Part shown: positions 10,951-25,809 of the stretch, one piece after another
Numbering within the stretch: position 1 is the stretch's first letter
Layout: each line of letters opens with the position of its first letter
Assembly: GCA_951406725.2 (NCBI GenBank)
Contig: OX597820.1
Coordinates: 73,780,001 to 73,844,000 of the forward strand
Reading direction: 5' to 3'
DNA: 64,000 nt
DNA from: Octopus vulgaris
Taxonomy: Eukaryota
The notes under the pieces: model-generated
What the model was told of the DNA's origin: nothing
The model's input: only the letters and a program-made list of their open reading frames with translations
The model's database searches: none
Program-made: the position numbers and the translations under genes

Positions 10951-13900
10951 ATCCATGGGTACAGTATTGTTTCACTTCATAGCTTTTACCTGGCCCTGTG
11001 TATAAGTAACACCACAGTTTTATGCAGTGAGATTGGGTATAAAATAGGGCAACTTATCCATGAGTAAATGCATAATGAGCAGCTGTGGCAATGTAACAGA
11101 AAACTGGTATCTAAACAAGAACACATACACTATGTATGTGCAAGCAATAACATATATATATATATTCATTTCATAGGGGACTGGCTTCCTGTACAGGTGG
11201 TACGTAAAAATCGCCATTTGAGCATGGCTGATGCCAGTACTGCCTGTCTGGCCCTCGTGCTGCTGGCATGTAAAAAGCACCCACTACACTCTCAGAGTGG
11301 TTGGCATAAGGAAGGGCATCCAGCTGTAGAAACTTTGCCAGATCAGATTGGAGATTGGTGCAGCCATTTGGCTTGCCAGCCCTCCATCAAACCGTCCAAC
11401 CCATGCCAGCATGGAAAGCAGACGTTAAACGACGACGACAACACTGGGGGTGGGGGCACTGCCCTGCGTGGTTTATCATGGGGTGAAACTTAGAACTAAT
11501 AACTGCAAAGCAAAACATCATAAAGACATTATTATATTCAGCACAGAAATTGATAGAAAAATATTTAGATGATAATTTACTCATAGACGAAGTGGTGAGA
11601 AAGGATTTATGAATGCTGGGCCTCACTGAGGAAATGACAAGGAACCAAAAGATGTGGTGGTTTGTTGTACTTGGTAAGATACACCAAGCTAAGTAAACTC
11701 ACTGACTTCCATACATACTGGGCTTGTCCTTTACAAGTGCCAGTGCCACATAAAAGGCACCTGTGCCAGTAGCACATAAACAGCCCACAGCACATACTGT
11801 AAAGTAGATGGCATTAGCAAGGGCATCCAGCCATAGGAACCATGCCACAACAGACAATTGGCATCAGGCCAGCTGGGAGCTGGCCAGTTCTGTTAGACCG
11901 TCCAACCCATGCCAGTGTGGAAAGCAGACATTAAACGATGATGATGATGAATTACTTCTAGCCATCCTAAATGAATAGTCTATGCTTTCAGTTGTTCATG
12001 GGGAAAGCTACTACGGTGATAATATGGTAGTTGCATAAATTTCTAATGAGATTAGACAACTTCAAAATTAAAAACAAAATCACTCAATGCTATTATTGTA
12101 GGTAGTAAGATGAGCAGAATGTTTGGCATGTCAGACAAAATGCTTAATGATATTTCTTTTGGCTCTTTGCATTCTGAGTTCAAATCTCATTGAAGTCAGT
12201 TTTTCCTTTCATCCATTTGGGGGCCAATAAAATCAAATACCAGTCAAGTATTAGGATTGACTTGTCCCCTCCCTTCAAAATAGCTGGCCTTGTACCTTGC
12301 AGTGGACCAGCATCTAGGGAAAATGTCATGCCAGCCCCACCACCCTGACTGACTCCTGTGCTGGTGGCATGTAAAAAGCACCATCCAAGCATGGCCAATG
12401 CCAGTGCCACCTGACTTGCTCCCGTGCCAGTAGCATGTAGAAAGTACCAACTGCACTCTCAGAGTGGTTGGCGTTAGGAAAGGGATCAAGCTGTAGAAAC
12501 ATTTCCAGATCAGATTGGAACCTGGTGCGGCCTCCGGGCTTGCCAGTCCCCAGTCAAACCGTCCAACCCATGCCAGCATGGAAAACGGACGTTAAACGAT
12601 GATGATGATGACGATTGCCACTTATTCACTGTAGAAACTGTGTAACTGATCTTATGAGTCCCTAAGCTCAGTATTAAATATGGTTTGGCTTCATTGACTG
12701 AGAAATAGGGAATACTTTTTTTCCCTCCCATCCGATATCCTTCATTAACAAACTCTTCTTTTAATTGACCTCAATTTATTTGATTTCAATTCAGATTGAA
12801 AACCTGCTGCTAATGGTGGTATTTAACTGTTGCTCAGACTGGTAAAGAAGGTGTATGATTTAAAATATTCTAACCTCGAATATCTCAGAATTTAGTATAT
12901 CAGGGTTATATTGTCCATTGTATAAATAATTATTATATTAGGGTATTATTTGAGAGAGAGAGAGAGAGAGAGTTTAATACATATTTCTAGCAGGTTAAAC
13001 GTTCTTGGTTCGGAGACAGGGGTTGAGGAAACGTGTTGCAAGGGAAATAACTCTATTTTAAAAATAACTTTTATATAGTGTTCTGTCCCTTGTTAACGTA
13101 TAAACCTGCATAAATCTAATAGTAGTTAATGTTTAATAAAACTCGAAACAAAAATACAGTTTTTACGATAAGATTATAAGAACAATGGTAGTTAACATTA
13201 CCATTCATTATCAAAATAAAAGTTGACTTATTCTATTTTGATTTTCTATTTCAAAATTTTTTTATAGTACATAACAATTAGAGCATGAAAGACACTTTGA
13301 CTATTCAGAAACACTCAAAAATTGTTAATATCACTTAAACATTTCTTATTGTTTGGTGTCAAAATTATCATCGCTCCTATTGTAAACCAGATTACCGACA
13401 TGGTCCTGCTGCAACTGGTTTGAGGCGAGTTATTAATATAGTAGAATTTAAATGATCTACTTCTGAGAAAGATATAGTATGCTTTTGGTAAGGCACGAGC
13501 ACTGAACTACTATCTCTGCCTGATTCTTAAAGACTGCTTCAGCTACTACAAATCAATCGTTTCTAAATTTTTTTTGTATTTAATTTGAAGTGAGAAAACT
13601 AATCTCTCTCTCACATTAATGGTTGGTGGAAACAGTTTATCAACAATGACAAAACAAAACTGTTTTTTGTTTTGAAAGGATCTTAACAGCTTTTAATAAT
13701 TACAAGTATAAAACGGTTTGTCAGGATGAAGTCTTACATCAATAAAGAATTGGTTTATTTTGAACAAAAAAGAGAAAGAAATAGGTGTGGGCATGTCTGT
13801 GCAGTTAAGAAACTCATTTTGCATCTATCTGGTCTCAGGTTCAATCCTATTGTGCAACACCTGGGGCAAGTGTCTTCTACAATAGCCTGAAGCTGACTTT

Positions 13901-14665
13901 ATGAATGAATTTGGTTGACAGATACTGTGTGGAAGCCTGTCTTATAATTGCATATATGTATCTTTGTTTTTATTCCCTCTTCTGCTTGATAATCAGTGTT
14001 GACTATACTCTGTAACTGCCCATGGGCATATAGCTTTGTGGATAAGAGCACAGACTACTAGCCCTCGGATTCTAAGTTCAATCACAGGTAGGGACTTGAA
14101 AAATAATATCAACAGAAATATAACATCAGAAATATAACATATGTTTGTTACATATTTCAACTAAAAGGCAAATACACTGCAGTTACTATAGAGAAAAAAA
14201 TCTCTCTTATGGCAAAAAGGTGTGAAAACACCTGATCTGTTCAGTGTCACCACCCATTAGGAATCCCAGACAACGATGTTTCGAGTTTTTTGACTCTTGT
14301 CGATGAGATGTACCTAAGAGAGGCAACTCTGGATGACCTTAATAAGGTTGTAGCTTTTAATGAAACACTGCTTCGCGTTAATGCTTCATCGTGTTTTTTC
14401 AAGAGGAATATATCAGTCATCATTGAATTTATGTAATACATGTATTGTAGATTACAGGCATTTATATTTTACATTGTCTGTGACCATGTTGGGTCACTGC
14501 CTAGAGAGGTTTTTAATTAAACAAATTGATCTCAGTACTTATTTTTTTTAGAGTCTCACAGTGTCTTTTGCCAAACTGATAAGTTACGGCTTCATAAACA
14601 AACAAATATTGGTTGTCAAGTGGTGGAAGAACTGACATGAACACACAGACACACACACGCACACA

Positions 14666-14902
14666 CAGGGTGGCCCAAAAGTAGGTTTACAGTTATTCAA
14701 CTATCTCTTTTGCATCCATATATTAACAGTTTAGATCTTAATTATAAAACAAAATATGAAACCATTATTCTATGCTAATTTAGTTAATTTTGTCAAGCTC
14801 CCTTTTCAGTTTGTAAGACAGAAATTTAAATGTAATAAAATGTTTTAAAAGAAATTTAAAGGGCCTATATGATAATCGTAAACTTATTTTGGGGCCACCC
14901 TG
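14666..14902. mobile_element. Tc1/mariner-type MITE nested in a SINE
   Basis: TIRs CAGGGTGGCCCAAAAGTAGGTTTAC and GTAAACTTATTTTGGGGCCACCCTG followed by TA. It interrupts the (CA)n tract of a family A SINE. Confidence 0.8.
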
Positions 14903-16305
14903 TATATATATATGCAATATGCATCTTTTAGTTTCCATCTACCAAATCCTCTCACAAGGCTTTGGTCAGCCTGGGGCTATGGTAGAATACACTTGATCAA
15001 AGTACCGCACTGAGACCATGTGGTTTGGAAGCAAACTTCTTACTACGCAGCCAAGGACTATATTTCAGTATCATTTTTCAGTTGCATTTGTGACTATTTT
15101 ACACGTTACCACCTTAAACTACTCCTCTATGTACCACTTTGTCTGCTGGAAATAGCAACTAAATCTCCTTCAACTCACAACCCATCATCTTGAATAAGCA
15201 AAAGACACATTAAATAACGCACTCTGACAGACTTCTAAAAAGAAAGGGTAGTCACTATTTTGATCATAGGCCTGCTCAATCAGCGATGATTCAAAGTTAA
15301 ACAACCTCAGTTATCTATGTAGTAAATTGAAAGAGCTGTCTTACTTTTGTTTAGATTTATAACTATGGTATGGTATGGCAATTACTACAGTAAATTTTAT
15401 ATAGTTTTTTTTTTGTATGTACTTCATTCAGTTGCATATGATGATGATGATCTCTCTTGTCACTTTGATGAATGGGAGTTCAGCAAGGCACAGCTGTGCA
15501 ATGTTCCTAGTTCAGTTCTTTGTCACATCCTTAGGAGAGTACAAAATGTCTCAGACCAGCAGTAAGTTACCATCACATTATGGCTTCCTGTGATCAGTGT
15601 TAATGCTGAACACTTCTAGTAGCATCTTCTACCTGTCCCCAGTGCCTCTTTTCCTGTCACCACTAAACTTATAAACTTGGTGTGATGGTGTTGATGCTAG
15701 TGTCTTGTTTTGCTGAACAACCTGCACAATGAATATTATTGTAGAAGGCATGGTTTTATGCAGAGCCAGTCCCAAATCTGTATTGGTCTGGTGCAACGAA
15801 TGCCACAAGTCCATTCGTTACCAAAGTTCAAGATCTGTATAGAGTTACCTTCTCTTAGACAAGCAGCTAAAGAGCTGAATGGCCTTGTCTGCCCTGGGTC
15901 CGTTGAGGTGTCTGTGAGTGACCTTCTTTCAGAGACAGTTCTATGACATGCTAATTAACCCAGGGCTGGGACCTTCACAGGTAATACTACTTCAGGTCTG
16001 AATAGACCTGGAAACAGTTGTGGCTAAGAAGAGGTTCCTCACTCTCCAAAACCCTTAAACTCCTGAACCAAGGCCCCTTTACCAGATCTTATCAACCTTT
16101 CCATTAATCTGCAGCAGGCTCAGATTAGTGGTGGGTAACCAGGTATGATGGATACTGCACCAATAGAAGATAGCTTCATATTAATTTTTCATATGCAAAG
16201 CAATTGAACCTGATTGCTGTCTAAACTACTATGTAATTTTTATAGCTTTAATAATCTCATACGTATGTTTTTCTTTCTTCTTTCTTTCTTTTGTTTTTAT
16301 ACAAG

Positions 16306-16363
16306 ATGGTTCCAATCCTCTTAATACCACAGAAAACAGTGTGACTGACAGCCAATTGAATGA
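16306..16363 (+). CDS. TERB1: TERB1 short linker exon
   Basis: Long pyrimidine tract plus aag acceptor and GA|gtatgt donor. The 58-nt exon supplies the phase 1 to phase 2 shift needed to join its neighbours. Encodes DGSNPLNTTENSVTDSQLN. Confidence 0.75.
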
Positions 16364-17879
16364 GTATGTATTTCTTCAGTTTCATACATTTTATTGTTAG
16401 AATGATATTTTATTCTGAAGTGGGATTATAATTTCAGTAGCTGCACGAAATTAAGAGCTCTTCCTGCCACTTCACTCTGTGGAGCATTTAGATGTGACAG
16501 CTGAATTGAGAGAGAGACAGGAAAAGAGTGAGAAAGAGAGAGAGAGGTGGAGGGGGGGCACCAGCGATTGGTTGATAGCCATATCAGCTTATTTGGCTAT
16601 AGCAACATGAAATAAAGTGGATTTTTGAAGGATGCCACCTGGTCTATCACTTAACCTAAAGATCAGGAGACCAACATATTAACCACAAGAACATGTGTCT
16701 TTCACACACACATACATGCACACGCTTGTGCATGGATACACACATGCATACACTGTCGTCAATTTTTTAACGTCGACTTTTCCATGCTTGCATGAGTTGA
16801 ACTGAGTTTATTAAGGCACATTTTCTACTGCCAGATGCCCTTCCTGTTGCCAATCCCCACCTTTTTTTTATTTTTCAAGCAATTCCTGTGCCTGCAGTAC
16901 GTAAAAAGCACCCACTATGCTCTGAGAGTGGTTGGCATTAGCAAGGGCATCCAGCTGTAAAAACATTACCAGATCAGATTGGAGCCTGGTGTAGCTGCTG
17001 GCTCACCAGACCTCAGTCAAACTGTTCAACCCATGCCAGCATGGAAAATGGACGTTAAACGATGATGATGTAATATTTCCCCATGGCCAGTAATGCTTTT
17101 GCTGAATATTGGAAATGAATGCTGTTCATCTACAATAACCACATGATGCGAAGACAAGGGAATACTAAGACACACATACACACACACTTCATCATCATCA
17201 TCATCAACAACAGCATTTAACATCCATGTTTCATGCTAGTATGGAATAGATGGTTTGAGAGGATCCAGTGTGTCCAAGGACTGAGACATGCTCCAATGTC
17301 TGCTTTGGTATGGTTTTTACATGCTGGATACCTTTCCTGATGCCAACCACTTTATAGCATAGACTGGGTGTTTTTTTTTCATTCCACCTGCACTATTGGG
17401 GTTGCCATGCAATTTGCAGGACTACAAACCCTAGAAGGGGTTGTGAAGGTCTGCTTCATGCTAAGGAATAAGGGGAGTATTAGGGGAGCAGGGAGGAAGG
17501 AGCACGACTGGTTCTTATAGAGGGACCTGCATGTCTCCATGTATCTAGTTGGGGTAAGTGTGGGGAGAGAAGGAGAAAAGGATCAGTGGGAGCTACAAGA
17601 GACAGATAATGGTGATGAGGTGCCCAGATGGTCCCATAGAGTACAGGTTGTATAGAAGTGGGTGGTTGCTTTGCAAGATTGTATGGGAAGGAGAATGAGG
17701 GGATGTGGGAAGATTGCTGAAATGGGTAGGTTTGAAGGGTGGATGAACAAGAAAAATAAACTGGGGAAGATAGTGATGCAGAAGAGAGAGTGGGAGGAGC
17801 AACTGAAGTAGTTAGAGGATACACTTATTGGGAAGTGAGTAAGACCTAAGAAGATGGTTGGGCAGTCTGTAGGAGCTTC

Positions 17880-18690
17880 TGTCACATGAAGTTTATATTC
17901 TTGGATAGTCTGCCAGTCATTCCACTGTATCTCTTATATGTCGATAGCTTTCATTGAATACAGCGTATGGAATCTATATCTACTTTTCTCTACATATCAA
18001 GCAAACCCACTTCCTTGAGGGTACCAAGGTCCTGATTCTTTTCTACTTACTAAAACATTCTTCTTTGCCAGGTTTACCTTAAGGCCCCATAATTCCATGT
18101 TTAGCTTCTATACCTGGCATTTCTTCTTTAATTCCCCTATAGATTCAACTGTGAGAACTAGATCATAAGCATATAGGAATTAACCCTGGACAGCCAGCTT
18201 TAATCTTCTCAGTGATGGATTGTAGGACTATGATGAATAGGAGAGGACTAAGGACTAAACCTTGATGGACTCCTCCCTTCGTGCTAAATTCATCACTGAA
18301 CTCATTGCCAACTTTCACTTTACTTACTGCATCCTTGTACATAGCTTGAACCACCTACACAAGCCATTCACCTAAACCTGGTTTCTTCAAAACCTACCAA
18401 AATGCTGAACACAATACCTTGTCAAATGTTTTCTCCATGTCAACAAGAGCCAGGAATAGCTGTTTATTCTTAGCCATGTATTTCTCTTGCAGTTGCTTCA
18501 CTGGGTAGATTGCATTTGTGGTATCCTCTTCTGGGGGCCGAGCCAAATTGTATCTCATTTACGTCTATATTAGCACAGACCATTTAGGCTATAACCTTTT
18601 CAGTGACCTTTGTAGCTTGGTCTAAAAGTTTGATTCTTGTATAGCTGCTTCTTTCTAAGGTATCACTTTTGCCCTTGTCGCAGGCACGGG
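17880..18690 (-). mobile_element. degenerate RTE-clade LINE reverse transcriptase fragment
   Basis: VQAMYKDAVSKVKVGNEFSDEF..GVHQGLVLSPLLFIIVL followed by a YAD-like motif; frameshifts are present. Confidence 0.85.
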
Positions 18691-19417
18691 AAGGATGATA
18701 AAAATGAAATATTAGCTTGGAGAAAGAAAAGGACAAAGAAAGGGGGAAATAAAAATATATTGCAGAAAGAGAGTTGACACATGACTATTAATAATAATCT
18801 AATGTGAAATGAAAGAATAAATGAATGGATAACAGACTTCTTTCAGTTTCCATCTACTAAAAACAGTCACAAGGTTTTGGATGGCCCAGGGCTATAGTAA
18901 AAGGCTTTTACACAAGGTGCCATGCAGTGGGACAGAACCAAAAACTTAAGGTTAGAAAGAGAAATTTTCACCCACTTAGCCATAGTATCAGATTTTGGCA
19001 CAAGGCCAGCAATTTTGCAGGGTAAGTTTAGTCAATACCATAAACCCCAGTGCTTTTACCAGACTTTTTAAGCCTGGTACTTGTCTGTCAGTCTCCCAGT
19101 ACTTCACTTGTACTTTATTTTATCTACTCTGTATAGAGGAAAGGCTAAGTTGATCTTGTGCCATGCTGTAACCACTGGTACCATGCAAAAAGAACCATCC
19201 TGGGTCCCACATTAAAAGCTCCCAGCACACTCTGTAAAGTGGTTGGCATTAGAAAGGGCATACAGCCATAGAAACCATTCCAAATCAGACAATGGTGTCT
19301 TGTGCAGCACTCGGCCTTACCAGCTCTGGTCAAACTGGTCTTACCAGCTCTAGTCCAACCCATATCAGCACGGAAAACAGATGTAGAGTAATAATATATA
19401 TATACTTTTTTTTTCAC

Positions 19418-19912
<495 letters not shown>

Positions 19913-19963
19913 TAGGCGTAGGAGTGACTGTGTGGTAAGTAGCTTGAATTACTCTCATATATA

Positions 19964-20005
<42 letters not shown>

Positions 20006-20398
20006 TATATATACAGAGAGGGAGAGAGAGAGAGAGATATTACAACAGTTTTTGGGGTTTCATTTATTCATCTTCATATTTTTTTTTTAATATTACCATG
20101 ATGTAAGAAGAATTCTGTAGGTTGCATGCAGCAGCTGATTTTTAAAAAGAATTTGTATTCTTTTCTGTGATTTTGCTCACATTTCTTGTTATATTAGATA
20201 ATTCGATGTTATCAAAAAAAATGTGATATAAAAAATATTCATGTTACCATTGACAGTTTCATAAAAAAAAACAAACAAAAAAACTAACTGAATGATAGAA
20301 TTATTTTAAATAATACATTGTTCCTAGTATCTTAGATGACATTTGAAGTAAAAAAACCTTAACTTGTTCTAATTTCTTATCATTTTTATTTCTTTTAG

Positions 20399-20489
20399 TT
20401 ACCAAATGCAACCCACCAAGGAAAACACAGAATTACTCTCAGAAAAACTTGACTGTATTCTTCAAAAGTTGGCCAAGTTAGAAAATGAA
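20399..20489 (+). CDS. TERB1: TERB1 exon, coiled coil
   Basis: ttttag acceptor and GAA|gtaaga donor, phase 2 to 0. Encodes YQMQPTKENTELLSEKLDCILQKLAKLENE. Confidence 0.8.
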
Positions 20490-21539
20490 GTAAGAAGTGT
20501 TGCACTAATTTTGGGTTACTTTTGAATGTCAAAAAAATACTTCAAAACCTAAATGGGGTCTGTAATATCTGGCTATATTGCAGTGTGATCTTCGTACATC
20601 AAATTATTGTATGCTTATCTTACCTTTTATCGTTTGCTTGTTTAACTCATTGGACTGCGACCATGCTGGGGCACTGCCTTGAAGGGTTTAGTGAAATAAA
20701 TCCACCCTCCCCCTCACTAGTACAAATGTTGCTTTTGTTATTTATTTTTAAATCTGGTACTTATTTTTATTGGTCCCTTTTGCCAAACTGTTAAGTTAAG
20801 GGGATGTAAACGAACCAGCTTAGTTGTCAAACTGTTGGGGTTGGGGTTGACAAACAAACACACACCCAGATGTGTGTGTGTGTGTACTTGGTCTTTGTCT
20901 TAGTCACTTGGCAGCCAGTGTTATTTTATTTATGTCCCTGTGACTTAGCAGTCCAGAAAAAGAGATCAGTAGTATGTTCTTTTATTCTTAAACCTGTTTC
21001 AGTCATTTGACTGCAGGCATGCTGGAGCACCGCCTTCAGTCGAACAAACTGACCTTGGGACTTATTCTTTGTAAGCCTAGTACTTATTCTATCGGTTGCT
21101 TTTGCTGAACTGCTAAGTTACACCAATATCAGTTGTCAGGCGATGGTGCTAGGACAAACAGACACACACGCATGCACATGCGACAGGCTTCTTTCAGTTT
21201 CTGTCAGTCAAATTCACTCATAAAGCTTTGGTCAGCCTGGGGCTAAAGTAGAAGGCACTTGCCCAAGGTGCCACACAGTAGGACTGAACCCGGAACCATA
21301 TGGTTGAGAAGCAAGCTTCTTACCACACAGCCACTCTTGCGCCTATGTCTAAGTACTAAAGTTGAAAATAAGCACTAGGGTCAATTTGTTCAAGTAAAAG
21401 CCATTCAAAGCAGTGCCCCAGCATGGCCGCAGTCCAGTAGCTGAAACAAGTAAAAGATAAAGGTGTTCTCTTTTGTCTGTTTGAGACAATGAGATTTGAA
21501 GGGTGCTCTACTAATACATGCTGCATTAAATGCATATAC

Positions 21540-22070
21540 CATATTTTAATGTTATATGGGAAAAGGTTCTCATTGAAGATAAAAAGAAGGTTCTATAGGA
21601 GTTGTGTGAGAGCTGCAATGCTGTATAGGAGTGAGACATGGTGTCTGAGGGGGAGAGAGATGGCAATTTTGAGAAGGACTGAGAGAGAAATGTGTGTGGT
21701 GTGAAGGTGTTTGATAAGAGGAGGACTGAGGATTTGATGGGAATGCTGGGGCTGGCGGAATCAGTGGAATGGTTGGCAAGGGTGAATGGAGTGAGGTGGT
21801 ATGGGCACGTGTTGAGGAAGGATGAAGAGCATGTTCTGAGGAGAGTGATTGCATTTAAGGTAAATGGAGCATGAAAGGGAGGTAGACCAAGGAAAAGGTG
21901 GAGGGAACAAGTGGAGGAGGAGATTGGGAGGGTTGGTTTGAAGAAGGAGGATGCCCAAAATCGGGTGAGATGGTGTGAGGACAGTTGCTTTGGCATTGAA
22001 GTAGATCTGGCTACCCCTGTTAACGGGGACAAAACCTGGATTTAAAACACTGGAAGATGATGATGATGAT
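21540..22070 (+). mobile_element. RTE LINE 3' end with (GAT)n tail
   Basis: FSLKIKRRFYRSCVRAAMLYRSETW, GVRWYGHVLRKDEEHVLRR and GRPRKRW motifs; ends in GATGATGATGAT. Confidence 0.85.
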
Positions 22071-22213
22071 AAAGAACTCTTTTTTTGTCAAAAATTAGGT
22101 TAAAAAAATATGGGAGTTTCTTACACATAGTATAATCCCTGACAAAATTTTTTTTCCAAATTTTCAGCCCCAAAAATTAGGGGGTTCCTTCTACACGTTA
22201 AAATACAGTAGAT

Positions 22214-23670
22214 TTGAGGCTGAACTGAAAAGTTCATTGGTTGGCTATGAAGGAGCGATGCTAGACCTGTGAAATCTTGCATGCATTAATTTCAAATTCT
22301 TCTTATTAATAACTTTATTGTTTTGTTCCAAGTAAATTGACATCTGACTGTTCAAAGAGGAGTTCAAAACAACTAGTAGCAACTTCTCTTGAAAATGGAC
22401 AAAATTTGTCATCGTGATGTTATCAAGTTGCTACATTAGGGAATGATGCTCCAACTTCATCAACAGTGCAAAAATGGGCAGTTGAATTTATGAGGGGAAG
22501 GATGAGTTTTGAAGATGACCCAAGGTTTGGATGTTTTGCAAACTGCTACCATCAAAGAAAATATTGATTAAGGTGGCAAGCTGGCAGAAACGTTAGCATG
22601 CCGGGCGAAATGCTTAGCGATACTTTGTCTGCTGCTACATTCTGAGTTCAAAATTCCGCCGAGGTTGCCTTTGCCTTTCATCCTTTCGGGATTGATTAAA
22701 TAAGTATCAGTTATGCACTGGGGTCGATATAATTGACTTAATCCATTTGTCTGTTCTTGTTTGCTCCCTGTGTTTAGCCCCTTGTGGGTAGTAAAGAAAT
22801 AAAATATTGATTGTGTTCACAACATGCTGATGGTTGACAGGCAACTGACTATAAATCAAGTTGTCAATGCTATTAGCATATCCCATAAGAGAGCTGAGAA
22901 TATTCTGCATAATGAGCTTGGCATGTTGGTTTCTGCTTAGTGGGTGCCATATCTTCTGACACCTAATCAAAAGTACACTTGACTGATCACATCATAGGAA
23001 AATCTGTCATTGTTTGAGACACATCCACCTGGTTTCCTTGAATGTTTCCTCACTCAGGATGAGTGTTAGGTTCATCTCTTTGAGCAAGAGACAAAGAGAC
23101 AATCCATGCAGTGGCAACACTTCTCCTCATCTTTTCCAAAGAAGGCCAAGGTCATTTCTTCTGAAGCGAAGTTGACGGACTCAGATCCTTGAGATGCAAA
23201 CAGCATTATCTTCAAAATGGCCTCACCATCAATGGAGAGTACAATGCCAACTTACTGAAGCAGTTATGAAAGGCTTTCAAGACGAAATGCCCAGAAAAAC
23301 TGATGCAAGGGATCTAGTTTCATCAAGACAATGCCCCAGAACACAAGTCCTTGGTTTCTGCAGCTGCTGTGCAAGACTGTGGCTTTGATCAGCCTTCCTG
23401 TTCCCCTGATTTGGTCCCATCTAACTATCATCTATTCTCCTCCAACTTGAACAAACACTTGGTAAGGAACCAGTATCATAGTGATGATTGCATCATATAC
23501 ACTGTTGATGACATTTTTTTTACCTACAGGCTTTAAACTTCTTCATCAATGGGATCCAAACACTGCAACACCAACGGAAGAAGTGTTTGGGCAGCAAATC
23601 GGGGACTATGTTGGAAAATGAATCTCATTTGGCCACATTCCAGCTAATGCACTTTTCAGCTGATCTTCAT
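22214..23670 (+). mobile_element. degenerate mariner (DD34D-type) transposon interrupted by a family B SINE at 22571-22800
   Basis: Motifs EDDPR, WVPYLLTP, TQDEC, HQDNAP and SPDLVPSNY appear in order, with degenerate TIRs (..CTGAAAAGTTCAT / ATGCACTTTTCAG..). Confidence 0.85.
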
Positions 23671-23927
23671 AGCTATCTCTTTATAAATCAAGCAGTTTCC
23701 GCAGCATTTGATGTTACTAAACATGATTGGAAGTCAATAATTGTGGTGTTGAGAAACTCGCTTCACAAGCACATAGCTCAATTGCAGTGTGTAATTCATA
23801 TGCCATTTTATAGTCTTATTTTATTTTATAGGCTACAAATATTTTCAGACAAGATTAAATATTCAAATAAAAAATTTCCTCAAATTTTTACCATTAACAT
23901 TCTTTTTTTCTTTTTATTATTCTCCAG

Positions 23928-24645
23928 GGGATTAAAACTCACTCTACAACAAATTCATCAACATCTATAAAAGAATTCCGACTGGACTATGGCAGACACA
24001 AAGTAAAACAACACATTTCTAGTTTCAAGAAGTTACACAGCTCTCATCCTGAAAGCCAAAACTCAAAGACATCCAAATCAGCCAATTGTATCACTACTGA
24101 TCACAATGGAACATATATTTCAGCCCCTAAAAGTCTTACCAATATGGATGATTCCGCATCTCAATGCACTAATTTCCAAGAATATGATTATAGAAAAAGA
24201 GATTGCTTTTTATCTGTGCCAGTCTCTGCTAATAGTAGTATATTCTCACCACTGAACAAAAAATTACTTCATACTGCCAATATATCCAAAAAACTTGGAA
24301 TGTCATCAAAATACCGATATAAAGGTTTAGCTCCTGAAGAATTGACAGATCCCAGCTTACCTAATAATGCTAGGTTTTCAAGTGAAGTTTCATACAGTCA
24401 TGCTTATTTTGATAATTTGCCAAGGAAGCTGTTTGGCAGACCTTCTGCTCCTTCAAGAAATGAACATTACCAGCAAAACTTGATACAGGAAAATTCTCCA
24501 ATATCAAAAAAGCCTTTACCTAATTCTGCTTTGGAGCAGTCGACATGTGATTCACCAGTTCTTTTTCAAGAACCTTCAGCTTCAGGTGGAAAGAATGAAG
24601 AAATATGGTCAACCACAGAAAGCCCTTCAAATTTCAAAAAGAAAT
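23928..24645 (+). CDS. TERB1: TERB1 large exon, S/P/N-rich disordered linker
   Basis: tctccag acceptor in phase 0 and a 718-nt open frame continuous with ORF 24144. The donor T|gtagga is weak and was chosen for phase compatibility with the next exon. Confidence 0.75.
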
Positions 24646-25713
24646 GTAGGACCTATTTTATTTGTATTTTCATTTTAACATCTACAGTTGAAATGTATTA
24701 TACAGGGTGTCCACAAATTATCTTTACAATTTGGAATTTAAAAATATTGAGGTTGTAAAGATAATTTAAGGACATCTTGTGTATCTTATCCCAGCTTTAC
24801 ATTGTGGCTTTCACCCAATTTTGATTAAACTTACTAACACAAAATATTTGTGAAAGCTTAGGCTAAGTATTATAAAGAAGGGAATTTTGATTACTTTAAA
24901 ATATATACAAGCATATCTCAGCTTAAGTTGTTCTCGATTATACGTCAATTTTCAAATTTTTCAATTTGTTCTAAGCAGTCTTTTTTAAAAATTTCTTAAA
25001 TATTTAAAAAAAAAAAATTATCCTGCACTCTTTAATGCCATTTTGTAGAGCATTTTCCACACAGAGTATCTAAGTGTAGTAATTTTAAAAAATTTTAATA
25101 ATTATGGTACTGCTTTAATTGTAGTTTGTTTACATCTCTGGTAAGTTACGGGAACATAAATAAACCAATACTGGTTGTCAAGTTGTGGGATGATAAACAC
25201 AGACACACACATGCACATACGAGAAGTTTCCACACAGTTTCTATTTACCAAATTCACTCACAAGGTATTAGTTGGCCTGAGACTATAGTAGAAGACATTT
25301 GTGCAAGATGTCATGTATTGGAACTGAACCCAAATCCTCATGGTTGCAAAGTGAGCTTCTTAACCACACAGCTATACCTATGCTTATATTTAATTATTAC
25401 CTTAATAGAATCTCTGTCGATGTCAATACAAGAGGACATTTTGTGATTGTTGCACCACATTAGTATTTAAAACCTCCATAGATATTAGAACCAGACTTGG
25501 CTACTGTATTTTTCTTAATTACCTTTCTCCAAGATGGTGTAATTTCTCAACTTGAACTTAAAAATGTACTGGCGTTAGTTTTTTTGACTAAAATTCTTCA
25601 AGGTGGTGCGCCAGCACGGCCACAGTCTACTAACCAAAACATATATAAAATAAAAGATAAATAAATAATACCTAATAATTTACAATTTTTGCTCTGTTTT
25701 TAATCCATTTCAG

Positions 25714-25809
25714 TTCCATCTTCTGATAACCAAAATATCATGTCAAACCAAAATTCACTAAATGTTACTGAGTGTTGCTGCACTTCTAAAAAGTTTACAC
25801 AGTGTCCTG
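25714..25809 (+). CDS. TERB1: TERB1 exon
   Basis: tttcag acceptor and G|gtatgg donor, phase 1-1. Encodes FPSSDNQNIMSNQNSLNVTECCCTSKKFTQCP. Confidence 0.75.

Noticed and set aside
13230-13640. Possible hAT-like transposase C-terminal remnant on the - strand (FPPTINVRERL)
   Set aside because: Too degenerate, and no termini could be identified to support a call.
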